From the NCBI RefSeq assembly GCF_009834535.1, contig NC_045697.1, positions 105,340,001-105,404,000 on the forward strand: 64,000 nucleotides of DNA, read 5' to 3'. Of the stretch, positions 1 through 12,570 are shown in pieces (within the stretch, counting starts at the first letter, position 1; each line of letters opens with the position of its first letter). Origin of the DNA: Camelus ferus. Lineage: Eukaryota. The notes under the pieces were generated by a model. That model was not told where the DNA came from and made no database searches. It saw only the letters and a list, made by a program, of their open reading frames with translations. Both the position numbers and the translations under genes were made by a program.

Positions 1-149
1 ACTGGAACCAGGCAAGGGAGAGTCGACTCAAGACAGACCTGTCCACCACCAGCAGCCACAGCACCCCATCAGCTCTTCCTACGGACACATTCACAACAGA
101 GGCGCAAAGCAAAGGCTTCAATTATTTCTTCCCCGGAGAGGGACTTCAT

Positions 150-635
150 TTTTTTTCAATCAAAGTATAATGACTTAAAATATTATATTAGTTTCAGGTG
201 TACAACACAGTGACGGATATTTGTATACATTACAAAATGATCACAATAAGTCTAATAAACATCTGTCACTATACAAAGTCATTACAGTATCAGCAACTCT
301 GTTCCCTATGCTGTGCTTTGCATCCGTACTTTACCTCTTAACTCGCTTTACCATTTCACCCATAACCCCGCCCCTCTCCTCTCTGATGACCACTAGTTTG
401 TTCTCTGGATCTACAATCCTGTTTCTGTTTAATTGTTCGTTGATTTATTTTTTTAGATTTCACATGTAAGTGAAAGCATAAATATTTGATTTTTCTCTGA
501 CTTATTTCACATAGCATAATACCTTCTAGGTGCATCCACGTTGCCACAAGTGGCAAGATTTTACTATTTTTATGGCCAAGTAATATTCCATCACGTGTAT
601 GTGTGTGTTTGTGTATACACACACACATTTCTTAA
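150..635 (-). mobile_element. LINE-1 3' end fragment
   Basis: Poly-T followed by 'tatattagtttcaggtgtacaaca...' and 'tttctctgacttatttcacatagcataataccttctagg'. The minus ORF 356-628 (WMHLEGIMLCEISQ) resembles the L1 ORF2 C-terminus. Confidence 0.85.
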
Positions 636-1227
636 GCGGGATTTCACTTCTGGCATTACCAAGTTTAAGAAAATTCCCACTGCAATGAAATACTGACTAG
701 TTCTTGAACTAGTTACAACTGGACTTTACCTACACTAAGAAGACTCTGCCTCTTTCCAGCAAAGTTTGAATGCTCTGTATTAACAAAAATTTGAGAGACC
801 TTTGGAATTCCAAAGCATCTTACAAATGCAAGGTTTCTCATGGGAAGTTAGAGACGGTCTTTAAAGGGAAGCTCCTGCTTCATACAAGGGCAGGCCGTGA
901 GGCACCTGTGTGCACATCTGCCGGTATAACAGCTGCCCAACAGGTGCCAAGTCCCCCAGCCCCTGGCAGCCCTTGTCGCTACTCTCCAGCTCCGAGGTTT
1001 CTGACTTCCAAATGCTAATAATCACAGTAAGAGAAGAACGTGCAAGAGAGACAAAGTGCTGTCCTCATGTGGCATGTGTCCTAGAAGGGAGGACAGTGAA
1101 ACAAGTAATACAAAATGACCAAACAGTGGTAGGACTGAGAATCATAGTACTGATAACATATATGCTTGATAGAGAAGCAATAAGATACAGAAGGAGAACT
1201 GAAGGTCACAGAGTCTGGAACACCTTC

Positions 1228-1229
<2 letters not shown>

Positions 1230-1264
<35 letters not shown>

Positions 1265-1342
1265 TAATGGAGGTACTGGGGATAGAACCCAGGACCTCAT
1301 GCATGCTAAGCATGTACTCTACCACTGAGCTATACCACCCCC
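1230..1342 (-). mobile_element. Vic-1-like tRNA-derived SINE with 16-bp TSD
   Basis: Poly-T tail plus gaggtactggggatagaacccaggacctc...accactgagctatacc, containing A- and B-box-like motifs. TSD at 1214-1229 and 1343-1358. Confidence 0.88.
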
Positions 1343-1889
1343 TCCAGAATGCCTTCTTAATGGAGAAGAGGGCAAGCTGAGCCCTGAAGTCCTAACAGGT
1401 CAGGTGTACATGAGGAGCAAGGAGGTTGTGTGGCTGGCAGGGATGCAGGGAAGACTGCCCAAAGATGATGGAAAACTTGGAAGAAATTCAGCAGAGAGAG
1501 TGCTGTGAGAGAGAAGGTTAAAGTTTGGACTTTTTCTCCTAAGGGCAATGGGAAGTCACCAAAAGACTGAACCAGGGATCTTGACTGAGAGGATCCTAAG
1601 TACTGACAGTCAGGATTTTTCAAATATTAAACGCTAAGACTGTTAGAGTAAGACAAGTCATTATTATATAAAATAATCATTAAGAAAAAAACTTTCGATT
1701 TCTTGACCATCGGGATGTGCGATCTGGAAAACACCAAACAGATACATATCTCTGTGTTGAAATCTGACAGTTGACAGTCTCAGGGAGATGTGAAGTTAAG
1801 TTGCATAATTATTGGACTTCCATGTTTTAGTCTAAGAAAACGTAGTACCAAGGAATTAAAAAAAAATACATACCTTAATTAAATAACGG

Positions 1890-2110
1890 CAACCATCTGC
1901 ACAGTTCACATTTACAGATGTGCCAAGGATATGCTAAGGACTCTGACTGTATTTTTCATTTCTTCCCTACAATCCCCCCAAATGAATTAAGTCGATTCTC
2001 ACAAACAAGGAAACTGAGGCTTTCAGAAATTAATAACTTTCCCACAGTCACAGTACTAATAGCCATCCAGAACCAGAAGGCAAATGTTAAGTCAGTGCAA
2101 TTTCCATCCC
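1890..2110. mobile_element. MIR fragment
   Basis: Core 'aaggaaactgaggctttcagaaattaataactttcccacagtcacag'. Confidence 0.7.
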
Positions 2111-4655
2111 CGCCACTACACAGTAATCTAAGTCAGAGATGTCTGTCAGGAAGATGCTATCTGTAACACAGGACAAATAAAGCCTACGAGCAACAACAGC
2201 AAAAACCCTGTTGCACACAGAGTTCACATGACTATATTTTATTCAACTAAAGAAGGTTCAAATCAGAGTCTACGGCCATAAACGGCATATGGGGCCCAAA
2301 TATGTATCTCTTTTCACCTAGTTTCCCATATTAAAATGATTTTTATCATGCCTCCCAAACATATAATTAGTTTTGATTGGATGGTTTACTTTTGTGCAAT
2401 TGTATTGATCCATTCATTAAACAGCTTATTCTTCAAAGAAAACAGTGTTAAAGTCTGCATAAATTACCACTGACAGACAGGATTTCACCAGACTTCCAAG
2501 CATGCCAAATATCTTTTTCATAGTTCTAGAATATGATTTGCAAGCATATGCACATAATGAATCTAAATGAATGTAAATCACTCAAATCTATCAGAGGTCC
2601 CACTTCACTGGGAATACATCCTTCTAAAGAAATTAGTTCACCATCCCAGTTTTATATTAGACAGCAGCCCTCTTCACTATTTTAGTATTACTACAGTGTT
2701 ATAAAATGCCACACTTGACTTCTACAGCAGATCAACATCCTTGCTCCATCACTGCTTACCTACTACTTAAGTGTTCGATCTAGAATATTAACACGAATAT
2801 TAGAATATTTTCTTCTAAACAATTTATATTAGCAAATTGACATAAAGGGAAGTCCAACAACTTGGGGACAGGCCCTCAGTAATGACTTTCTGAAAACTAA
2901 GAAGCCACCACTTTTAGATTAAAAAAAAAAAAAATTTAAGAGAATCCTCCCTCCTTCTGCTATTGTGCTGAGCAGGAGACAAGCTTACATGTGGCCAAAT
3001 TCATATCCCTAGCTAAAAAATGAGACGATTCCTTTATTAGCTGTCTCATATGAACTAGCAGGGACTCACACCTGTAAGAAAATTTTTTTTTTAAGTTTTA
3101 ATCTAAACATGGAAAGGGGAGAGGGGCAGGGTATATAACATGTCATCACAGATGGGTCAGACCAGGCCTCAATGAATTAGAGTAAGGGATCAAAATTAGT
3201 CCTTCTATTGATCACTGCTAGGTATTGGGTGGTTATAACACAAACTAGATTTCTCGCTTCTATTTTAATATAACTATAGAGGTAGGTTCTGGACACTCAA
3301 GAGAACTTACTTGTAGGATTTTCAGCAGAGTTTTATCTCGTCTCTCCCACCAGGTTTTATAATCCTGGAAGCAGGATAGCATACCATATTCTTTATACTC
3401 CAAAGCATCAAACTCAGTCATTTTTACTCAGTTGAAATAATCAAATCATCCATAAGAAGTTTACAATGTAAAGAATATATTTTTTTAAATGCTAGCTAGT
3501 ATCTTTGCTTATAAAAGGGCAGCTGTTTTAACTATTTAATTTCCTGATTGTAAAAACAGTAGACTAATTGTAGATAACAGAGAATAAAAAGGTGTTAAGA
3601 AAAATGAAATCACATAATAGCTCCACCCCGAGAAATAGTATATTTCATCTATAAATCTATTTCATCTGTGAATACATCTAAAAATGTATATTTTATATAT
3701 ATGGATATATGAAAAGATCATGCTGTATTGATTATTTTACACTCTGCTTCTCCACTCCATACTTTCCTATTTCTTGAGAGTTATTAGAAAATATTTTAAA
3801 TATTTATAACTATAAAGTCCCAAATAATAGGAATGTACCAAACTTTGTTACTAATTCCCCAATTAGCTGTTGTCTTCTTGGTCTTGCTAACACTGCAGTG
3901 AATCTTTACAAATGTTTGTCCACATTTTTCATTATTCCCTTAAGATAGTTTCCTAGAAGTGGAGATACGGGGTCAAGGAGTAAGCCAATGAGGCTCTTAA
4001 TACATTGCCAAACTGCTTTCCAGAAAAGACATCCAGGTTTGTACCTCATTAGAAGCATAACTGCATCTGTCATTTCAAAAAAAAAAAAGTAACTTATTTT
4101 AAAATTGTTATCAATATGGAAAGCAAGCAACAGATTCTTACAGTCTTAATTTATATTTCTTTGAGAGTGAGATAAAACATCTTTTCATACGTTTATTAGC
4201 CATTTATATTTTCTCTTCTTTCTCGATGAGAGTGTTTTTCCTTATCATGGGCCATAAGCTGTTCAGGACCATGAACTATTTGGAACCTAATTTTAATAAC
4301 CCAGGGGTTGCTGGGTTGCTGCCTTCAGGGGTAGCTGTACATTCCCAAGGATTTATCCACTAGCCTCCACCCTTATTTTGACTGCCACAATGTTGTTTTT
4401 CTCAAAACTTGTAAACCTACACTCCAGTATTTCAGATGGAACATTTCTCCAGTTACAGTAAGTACATTTTAACTGTTATTTCCATTTTTCAAAGAATTAC
4501 CTAAATAATTATCTCTGATTATTAAGTCAAGAAGTCTATTTCTAGGTTCGTATTTTATAAATTGAGATTATAAAGTGCCAACTGAAAATATATCATTAAA
4601 ATTGAAATACACTTCCCATTTATATTTAAACTTCATGTAAAAATATATGATAATC

Positions 4656-4908
4656 AAAATTTGTAGATACTGACAGGCATATGTAGAATAGATAAACAAG
4701 GTTATACTGTATAGCACAGGGAAATATATACAAGACCTTGTGGTAGCTCACAGTGGAAAAAATGTGACAATGAATATACGCATGTTCATGTATAACTGAA
4801 AAATTGTGCTCTACCCTGGAATTTGACACATTGCAAAATGACTATAACTCAATAAAAGATGTTAAAAAATTTTTAAAAAGCATCTCTGAGCACACACCCT
4901 AAAAAAAA

Positions 4909-4909
<1 letters not shown>
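4656..4909 (+). mobile_element. 5'-truncated LINE-1 3' end (lineage-specific type) with two A-rich tails
   Basis: 'tatactgtatagcacagggaaatatatac...ctggaatttgacacattgcaaaatgactataactcaataaaa'. TSD-like 'atatatgataatc' and 'atatatgatcatc' flank it. Confidence 0.8.

Positions 4910-4912
<3 letters not shown>

Positions 4913-4948
<36 letters not shown>
4913..4948. repeat. (TA)n microsatellite
   Basis: Uninterrupted AT run. Confidence 0.95.
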
Positions 4949-4951
<3 letters not shown>

Positions 4952-5044
4952 CATCTAGGTGTTCTTTTCAACTACCATAGCTTAAATTAGTTCATGGTAA
5001 AATGTTCCAAGGAAAGTAACTTACTTACTTAGTCCTAAATTCTG

Positions 5045-5359
5045 TTTTTTTTTTTTATTTAAATAGAGGTATAATTGACATATAACATTATATTAGTTTC
5101 AGGTATACAACATGATACCTGTATATATTATGAAATGATCACCACATTATTATAAGTCTAGTTAACATCCACTACCTTACATAGTTAACAATTTTTTTTG
5201 CTTTTGATAACTTTTAAGATCTACTCTCTTAGCAACTTTCAAATGTGCACTACAGTAGTATTAACTCTAGTCACCATGCTGTACATTCTATCCCCAGGAC
5301 TTAATTATTTTATAACTGGAAGTTTGTACCTTCTGACCCCATTTCTCCTACTCCTACCC
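5045..5359 (-). mobile_element. LINE-1 3' end fragment with TSD
   Basis: Poly-T plus 'ataattgacatataacattatattagtttcagg...'. Exact TSD tcctaaattctg at 5033-5044 and 5360-5371. Confidence 0.85.
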
Positions 5360-5537
5360 TCCTAAATTCTGCTTTTACCACTGATTTTCCTTAGGACATT
5401 AAGGAAAACATACTTTCTCTTTACCAAAATTCCCCTCTACATAATAGAGGGTTTAAGACTATTCCTATCATCAATCACATGAGAAAAGATGTTGTGAGCC
5501 TAAATGACATAATGTCTATAAAGTCCTTTAAACCATC

Positions 5538-5880
5538 TATATCACTTCTATGTGGAATCTAAAAAAAAGACACAAATGAACTTATTTACAAAACAGAGAC
5601 AGACACAGACATAGAAAACAAACTTACAGTTACCAAAGGGGAAATGTGGGTGGTGATAAATTGGGAGTTTGGGATTAGCAGATACAAACTACTGTATACA
5701 GAATAGACAACAAGGACCTACTGTACAGCACAGAGAACTATATTCAATACCTTGTAATAGCCTACAATGAAAAAGAACATAAAAAGGAATATATATGTGT
5801 ACAACTGAATCACAATACATCAGAAATTAACACAACATGGTAAATCAACTATACTTCAATTTTTTAAAAAAGTTTTAAAA
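5538..5880 (+). mobile_element. LINE-1 3'UTR fragment
   Basis: 'tatcacttctatgtggaatctaaaaaa...acaaatgaacttatttacaaaacagagacagac...aatcaactatacttcaat'. Confidence 0.85.
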
Positions 5881-8800
5881 ATCTTATATTAAAAACCTTT
5901 CCTAACTTGTATAAAAAAATTTACATAAATTCCAAAAATCTGCACTTCACATATTTTCCATAAAAACCACTAAGTAAAAGTCACAACAAAATTTAGGTAC
6001 TTTTAAAGGGCTACCTCATTTTTAACATAAAGGAAAAGAAACTGTTTAAAGAACAACCTATGTTTATTCATTTCTCAATTTATGGACTGTCCAATTCAAA
6101 AATCCTGTCAGAAGTTTCAGAAAATCTGCTAATAATCTTAGGTGTGGAAATGTCCTGTTATTATGAAATAGAAGCAGTAACCAAATTGCTTCCTGAACTA
6201 AGCTCACCTCAAACCAGCTGGCTGCTTCTCACCCACGCTATTCCAAATCAGGTGACCTGTGCTTCCAATAAATGAGACGGTGCTGAAATTATCTATTAAT
6301 AGAGTTTACAACAAGAGTCCATTCTTAAAATGAGGCTATGAATAGAGAAGGCACCAAGACCAGACCATCGTCTACAAGATAACAAATCAGATATTCACCA
6401 ATCCTCAGTTCACAGCATCTCCTCCTTTAATTGAGCAATAACGGGAGTTCATAGGCTTCAAATTTAGAGAGACTTAATTCAGGGAACAGTTAACACCACA
6501 CTTTAGTTTAACTTGCAGAAGCTTAAATCAACGTTTAAGATACACAAATAAAATTAAAACACAGTGTCTTGTGACCTACCTATATAGGTGAGGGGCCTTT
6601 CACCATCTCTCCGAGAAATGATTTTTCATGCCTACCTGTGAGTTAACTTGACCATCAGACTAAGAGGGAAAAAAAGGGTCACTCCAAGCTGTGAGTACTT
6701 GCAGAATGGCCATCTAGATTTCTTTCTCACCTATCATAATGGAGGTTTTACTTCTATCACTTATGTGCCCACAGAGTACAATAGTGTCACACACTATTTG
6801 GCCAGGAGTAGTGACACGGTGTGCTTTTACAGATTGCTGCCAGAGCTCACAGAGTTACAGAACACAGACAGCCACCAAAGCCACAAACCAACTCATACAA
6901 GGAAGTCTCAGATAATCTTCGGTATTCCAGCTCTCAATTCAACGTCACCTTACCCAGTTTGAGGGTCCTAAACTGTAGTTTCTTGCTACGTCCCAACTAT
7001 GTATTTTTAATTTGGGCCAGAAAAGCTGAATGCCTCTCCTTTTGGCTGGACACACAGGTTTCTTCTCTTTTCAATGGCCCAAACAAAGAATCAAAGGAAC
7101 TATCTAGTCCTCGGTCAAAAATAGTTTTGTTTGGAGGCAGTTATCAGTAGCAAATCCTCCTGGTTTAAGATCACGTTTTGTTGTGGTGGTTACCGGGGAC
7201 AGAAAATTCAAATACAGAAAAGTAGAAGCAAGAATATAAACAAATAGCAAAACATTCATATCTACCGCCTAGATTTCTAAGATGCCAACAATTATGAAAT
7301 CCATATTTTTCAAATATAAAATGAAAATATTACAGACGAGGGTGATGTCTCTGTCTGCCCCTCCTTCCCCAGGGGCAAGCATTAGTTAAAGAATGGTTGA
7401 TATCTTTGTTGCTGATCATGTTTATACTTCATTATACACACAGACACAAATAAATGGACACATCCGACGCACTTTAAAATTTACATGCAAATGGCATCAT
7501 CGTGATGTATATTGCTCACTGCTCTACAATCTGCTTTTGCTTTTTCCTCTTTTTTTAAAAAAACTCAGCACAATGCTATTGAGACCCATCTTCCAACCTT
7601 CTGGACAGTGTAGCCTTACTTATGTTGTCTTCAGACAATGTCACATCACAAGACACTTATGTAGGGTACCACCTGCATCCACAAGCTTAACTATTAGACA
7701 AGCAAACATTGGTCTTCAGGGATGCGGTCATAAATATCCTCTTCTCCTCCACCCTGCCTCTTCTGCAGGCACACAGCAAGACGGAGGAGCCCCATTGGCT
7801 TTTCCTCTTCGACTCCACCTCTTCCCAAGTAGGCATCTGAGAAGCCACTCATGCATAAAGTCATACAATTATAAAACCACTGCTCATTTTAATTAGGAAA
7901 ACAGTATCGAGAAGAAAAGGGTTTTCAGAATCCATCAGAGCTGGGCTGTGAGGCCAGTTCTATATTTACTGTGTGATCTGGACCAGGCTACTCAGCCTGG
8001 TAAAAGCATCCGTCTCTCATCAGCAAAGCAGGGACAGCACACCTGTCTCCTAGCCCTAACTCTTTCTTTTTTTTCCTACAGAGACTCATGCTCGGAAACC
8101 ACATGGCAGCGGAGATGGGTCCCTGGGCAACACTGAAGGCAGGCTTGACCGCTGCCATGTGTCCACCAACAGGACAGTTTCCTCTCTGCAGGGAAGGGTG
8201 GGTGCAGTGATGCCGCTCTCACTGTCAAGAAAGCAACGAATCCCTTACATTTAATTGCTTATTTTCTTAGGACTGACTTACTCCTAAAAGTGTGGTGCAA
8301 ATTAGTTAAATTTCAGAAGACTGAAATTGTGTTAGAATACATAAGTGAAATAAAAAAAGATCAAGCTGGAATTCTAACTAGTTTCTTGGCTAAGTAGTCA
8401 CAGTTTGGGGATTCAGATTTAGCCTTTCGATGATAAAATGCAGGCAGTGTCTATTGGTAATTTAAATTGAAGAGAGAGGCAGAATCAAGAGAAGTGGAGA
8501 AAGACGGTTAAAAAAAAAGTTCTTTCCCTTCTTAGGAAGGAAAAATAGGTTCGTCTGAAAGCCTTATAATGGCAACACCAACTGCAGCCTCGAAAACTCA
8601 ATTTCCAGCACTTTCCAGTCTTATAAGCATTCTTTTACTTATAGTTTCTAAAAAGGTGTGATTTTTGTCTTTCAATCAGTGACAGAGATCCCCTCTGGGA
8701 CCCAGACCACAGCACTGTGAATATAAGTGTCTTATTTAGGGATCGCGCCCAAAAGGCGACCAACGTATGTCAGGTGACAAACTACACTGAAAGAAGAGAG

Positions 8801-9239
8801 CCCAAATTTATACCGTCTGAGCTTTTCCAGTCTGTGTTGCCTTACATTTATTTCCAAAGAAGTTTATGATGATAATCTAAAACTGCAGAGTAACTGTGAT
8901 CATCAGAAGTTTCCTGTTTCGTCTTCCCACACCAGCATATTATTTTCACAAATATTAGAACCTCCAAACCAAATCAGAAATAAAAACAACCCTGACTTCT
9001 GTGTTTTATCCGGTTTTATTGGAAAACACTTCTAAATAGCTGTGTGGCATTCGCTCTTGGTTAAGTCAGTGTGTGACTGTTTTATGTTCTTAGCTCCTTA
9101 AATATCGTAGGAAATGATCCTGGTAACAGCAACAGATCCTTTCCTAGAGTAACTGCATTTCTGAAAAATAAATTCCTTTATCAACTACTGCAAGAAACTT
9201 TGAGACTTAAAACAAATACTACAGAAAGCATGTATCAGA

Positions 9240-10050
9240 AAATATCTTTACATGAATGTTAAGGTAAGGGAGGATTTCTTGGGCAAAGCATATATATGAA
9301 GCACATGCCTTAAGAAAAAAATGAAATTTTGCATCAAAACTTTAAGCATCTATATGAAGAATACCATAACAAAGTTAACAAACAGGACAGAGACTGGGAG
9401 ATCATATTTTCGACTCACATAACCAAAAGTTTAATGCACGGTTTAATCGCTGTCAGAAATCAATAAACAGAAGACAAGCCAAAATAAATCTGGGGAAACA
9501 GGATATGAACAGCAATTTACAGAAGGGGAAACCCAGTCTGATATACCTGGGAAAACACGCCACCCTCACTAGTAACGAGATTCACACTTAAATTACAGAT
9601 GAGACAGTATTTCCTACTCACAGAGCAAAGCATCAACACAGAAGTGAGGAAACCCAGTACCTTACATGTGCTGTTGACAATATAAACCAGCACAAACATC
9701 CAGCCGTCCCATCATGTAAAATTTGTAAAATTCAAGATACATACATTCTCCATTACCCAGAAATTCTACTTCTGATTATACAGCCTACAGAAAAACCTGC
9801 TCCTGCGTATAAGGAGAGATTTACAAAACTGGTCTTTGCAGCACTATTTTTGTCAGCAGTAACATTGCAAAAAACCTCAATGCCCAGTAAGACAGAGCCA
9901 GGTAAGCCACAGGACTATATAAAATAATGAAAGTGGAATGAACGAGATCTGAATGCATCATCATGCACAGATCACAAAAGTTGTCAGATACTTTGCCGGG
10001 GTAAGATTCCATTTCTGTAAAATTGTTAAATAAGTGCACATATATGTGTG
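9240..10050 (+). mobile_element. Old, degraded LINE-1 (L1M type)
   Basis: L1-like motifs such as 'acagagactgggag', 'acccagaaattctacttctg' and 'ttgcagcactatttttg', heavily diverged. Confidence 0.55.
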
Positions 10051-10081
10051 GAGGATAAAACTATGGGCTACATCTGACTTT

Positions 10082-10213
10082 TTCTTTTTAGTTTTTTTGG
10101 GGGGGTAATTAGTTTAATTTACTTTATTTATTTTTAGAGGAGGTACTAGGGATTGAACCCAGAACCTCCTGCATGGTAAGCATGCTCTCTACCACTTGAG
10201 CTATACCCTCCCC
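10082..10213 (-). mobile_element. Vic-1-like SINE
   Basis: gaggtactagggattgaacccagaacc...ctataccctcccc. TSD-like ctacatctgac (10068) and ctacacctgac (10214). Confidence 0.87.
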
Positions 10214-11946
10214 CTACACCTGACATTCCTGATTTAGACTGTCTCTGCAAGGACAAGAAGGGGAAGGGGAGGAAGGGAGCCATTAGGACTTGAACTTCAA
10301 CCATGTGTGTGATATTTTGCCACTGATTTAAAGAAAGGATCTGAAACAAATGACAAATTAGCATGTTAACTCCAGGTGGCAAAAAATGGATATTATTATT
10401 ATCTTTGGTAGTTTAATTTTTTAAATATAGAAAAGCATCACATGAAAATTCCTAACCCCCAGTCTAGATCAGTTGGCCATCTGTTAGCTTCAATTAATTC
10501 AGCTTCCTGGGAGACAGCTGTCATCTACATTGATTGTGGCCTACCTTATGTAATTCTATTCTGAACTTTATGCCACTTTGGAAAAATATATCCCAAAGAT
10601 ATTACCAGTAGGTTAAACTTAAAATACATTAAGGTCTCTCAGAATATAACTTGTCATATGTTAACAGATGTTAAACATGAAAGATTCCAAAAGGAAATGT
10701 ATGTATGAATTAATTTTCTTGTAATTTGTCTCATGAAAAATTTAGTTTTTATCACAAATACTACTTATCAATAACAGTTGAATGACTATAAATACAAATC
10801 TAGACAAGTCACTACTTCCATAGGTCATCAGAGCCTCAACAAATATAGCATCTTACCATCAGCAGACTAATTCCAAATCATGACATTAATGACAATATTA
10901 GGGGGTTTTAAAACAATAAGTTTCATACTTACACAGAAAAGTCAATCTTTAAAATATTTTGCAACTGAGCAGCCTACCAAAACAAACAAACAAAAAAAGA
11001 AATCTATGAGGCTTACAAAGTTTCCAATGATCACCTAATCCCAACTAATAAATAAAACTCTGTTTATTCACATCTAACTATTTTTCATATCATTAAGCTA
11101 AATGGGTCAGTTATGTGAGAACGGCACAACACACAAACAAACAAACAAACAAACGAAAGGAAAAGAAAAATCAAAGGACTGTCCATCTAAGTACCTTGAA
11201 AGAAGCATTCTGATAGTCAAAGGAACAGAAGGGTCAGATGTCAGGTCTGATAAAACTGGGATACTCACGGTGGAATAAGAATAAAGATCATTAAGGTAGA
11301 AGGGAAATAAATGCGAGGATAATGGATGTTTTTATGCAATATTTTTAATTCTGCTCTAATAGCTCTTGGGCTTCTTTATTAGCTTAGGAAATAAACCATA
11401 TTATGAAACATTTGCTTTATCCATCATGCTTGCTTATTCAGATAATTATAAACATAACAATTTAATTTACTCTCAAGTAGTTTTAATGGACTGTTACAAC
11501 AAATGGTCCTACAACCTTAGAGAATCTGGAAGCAGGCAAAACCTGCAAGAAACAGCATGACATTCTGATGGGCATGTGCAGGGCTGCCCACCTCTCTCCC
11601 TCCCACAACCACCTGGGTCTTTGAGGGCTGGTCTGGAAACAAGCAAACACACCCATCAAGCATGGATCAGAATGTAACAAAATGCCCATCAGCCCAGAAT
11701 TCCTCACTTCTCTGTGAAAATGGCAGTGCCACCTGGAGGCAGAGGTGCTCTTGCTCTGATATGTGAGAGATACATTATATTCTCACAATCATTACTGGTG
11801 CACTTTTAATTATTATTATTATTTTTTTTGCTGTGGAATAATACAATCTTCATCATAGAAAATTTGATAAACACAAAAAAGGAAAACTAACAAAGCAGAA
11901 ATCCGATTATTCAGTGATAACCACTTCTAATGTTGAGACTTTTCCT

Positions 11947-12006
11947 TCCATTGAGAATGAAATGCACACATTTATGTCCACTGAGAATGAAATGCCCACG
12001 TATTTA
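11947..12006. repeat. 30-bp tandem duplication
   Basis: tccattgagaatgaaatgcacac... followed by tccactgagaatgaaatgcccac... Confidence 0.8.
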
Positions 12007-12329
12007 AGTACATATACAAATGCTGTAAACACAGTTGCATATATGTTAAATGAAAAAAATTAGATTTTAATGATTTCCCATGTTATTAAATTTTCTCCAT
12101 AGAACTGACTGCATATATTACACAATAATTTTAAAAATAAATAAATTTACCATGATATGGCTAACCCCCAATTCATTAGGAAAAAAGGCTATTTAAATCT
12201 TTATAAGTTATGCTAAAATGAACACCACTGTACGCTAACCTCTGTCCACATGCATCATAATTTCTGGATGATATAGTCCTAGAAATTGGACCTTCTGAGG
12301 TACATAAAAGCAATGATAATGAATAGTAA

Positions 12330-12570
12330 TAATCATAAAGCAAACATACTCATGTAGGGCTTACTACGGGCCACGTACTTTTCTAAGCACTTTACAAATA
12401 CTAACTCAATGAGCCCTTATAGCAACTCTATTTGATAAATTCTATGATTATCTCCATTTTACAGATGTGAACACTGAGGTGAAGTAACTTGCCCAAGATC
12501 ACACAGCCAGTAAGTGTTAAAGCTGAGATGCACACACGGCCGTCTGGCAGGAGGGTCCATGCTCTGGAAT
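12330..12570. mobile_element. MIR
   Basis: 'ctccattttacagatgtgaacactgagg...aacttgcccaagatcacacagccagtaagt'. Confidence 0.82.

Noticed and set aside
696..713. actagttc-tt-gaactagt inverted repeat
   Set aside because: An 8-bp stem is expected by chance in 64 kb.
7393..7896. 167-aa plus-strand ORF in intron 2
   Set aside because: No recognisable protein features; it partly overlaps degraded repeat-like sequence.
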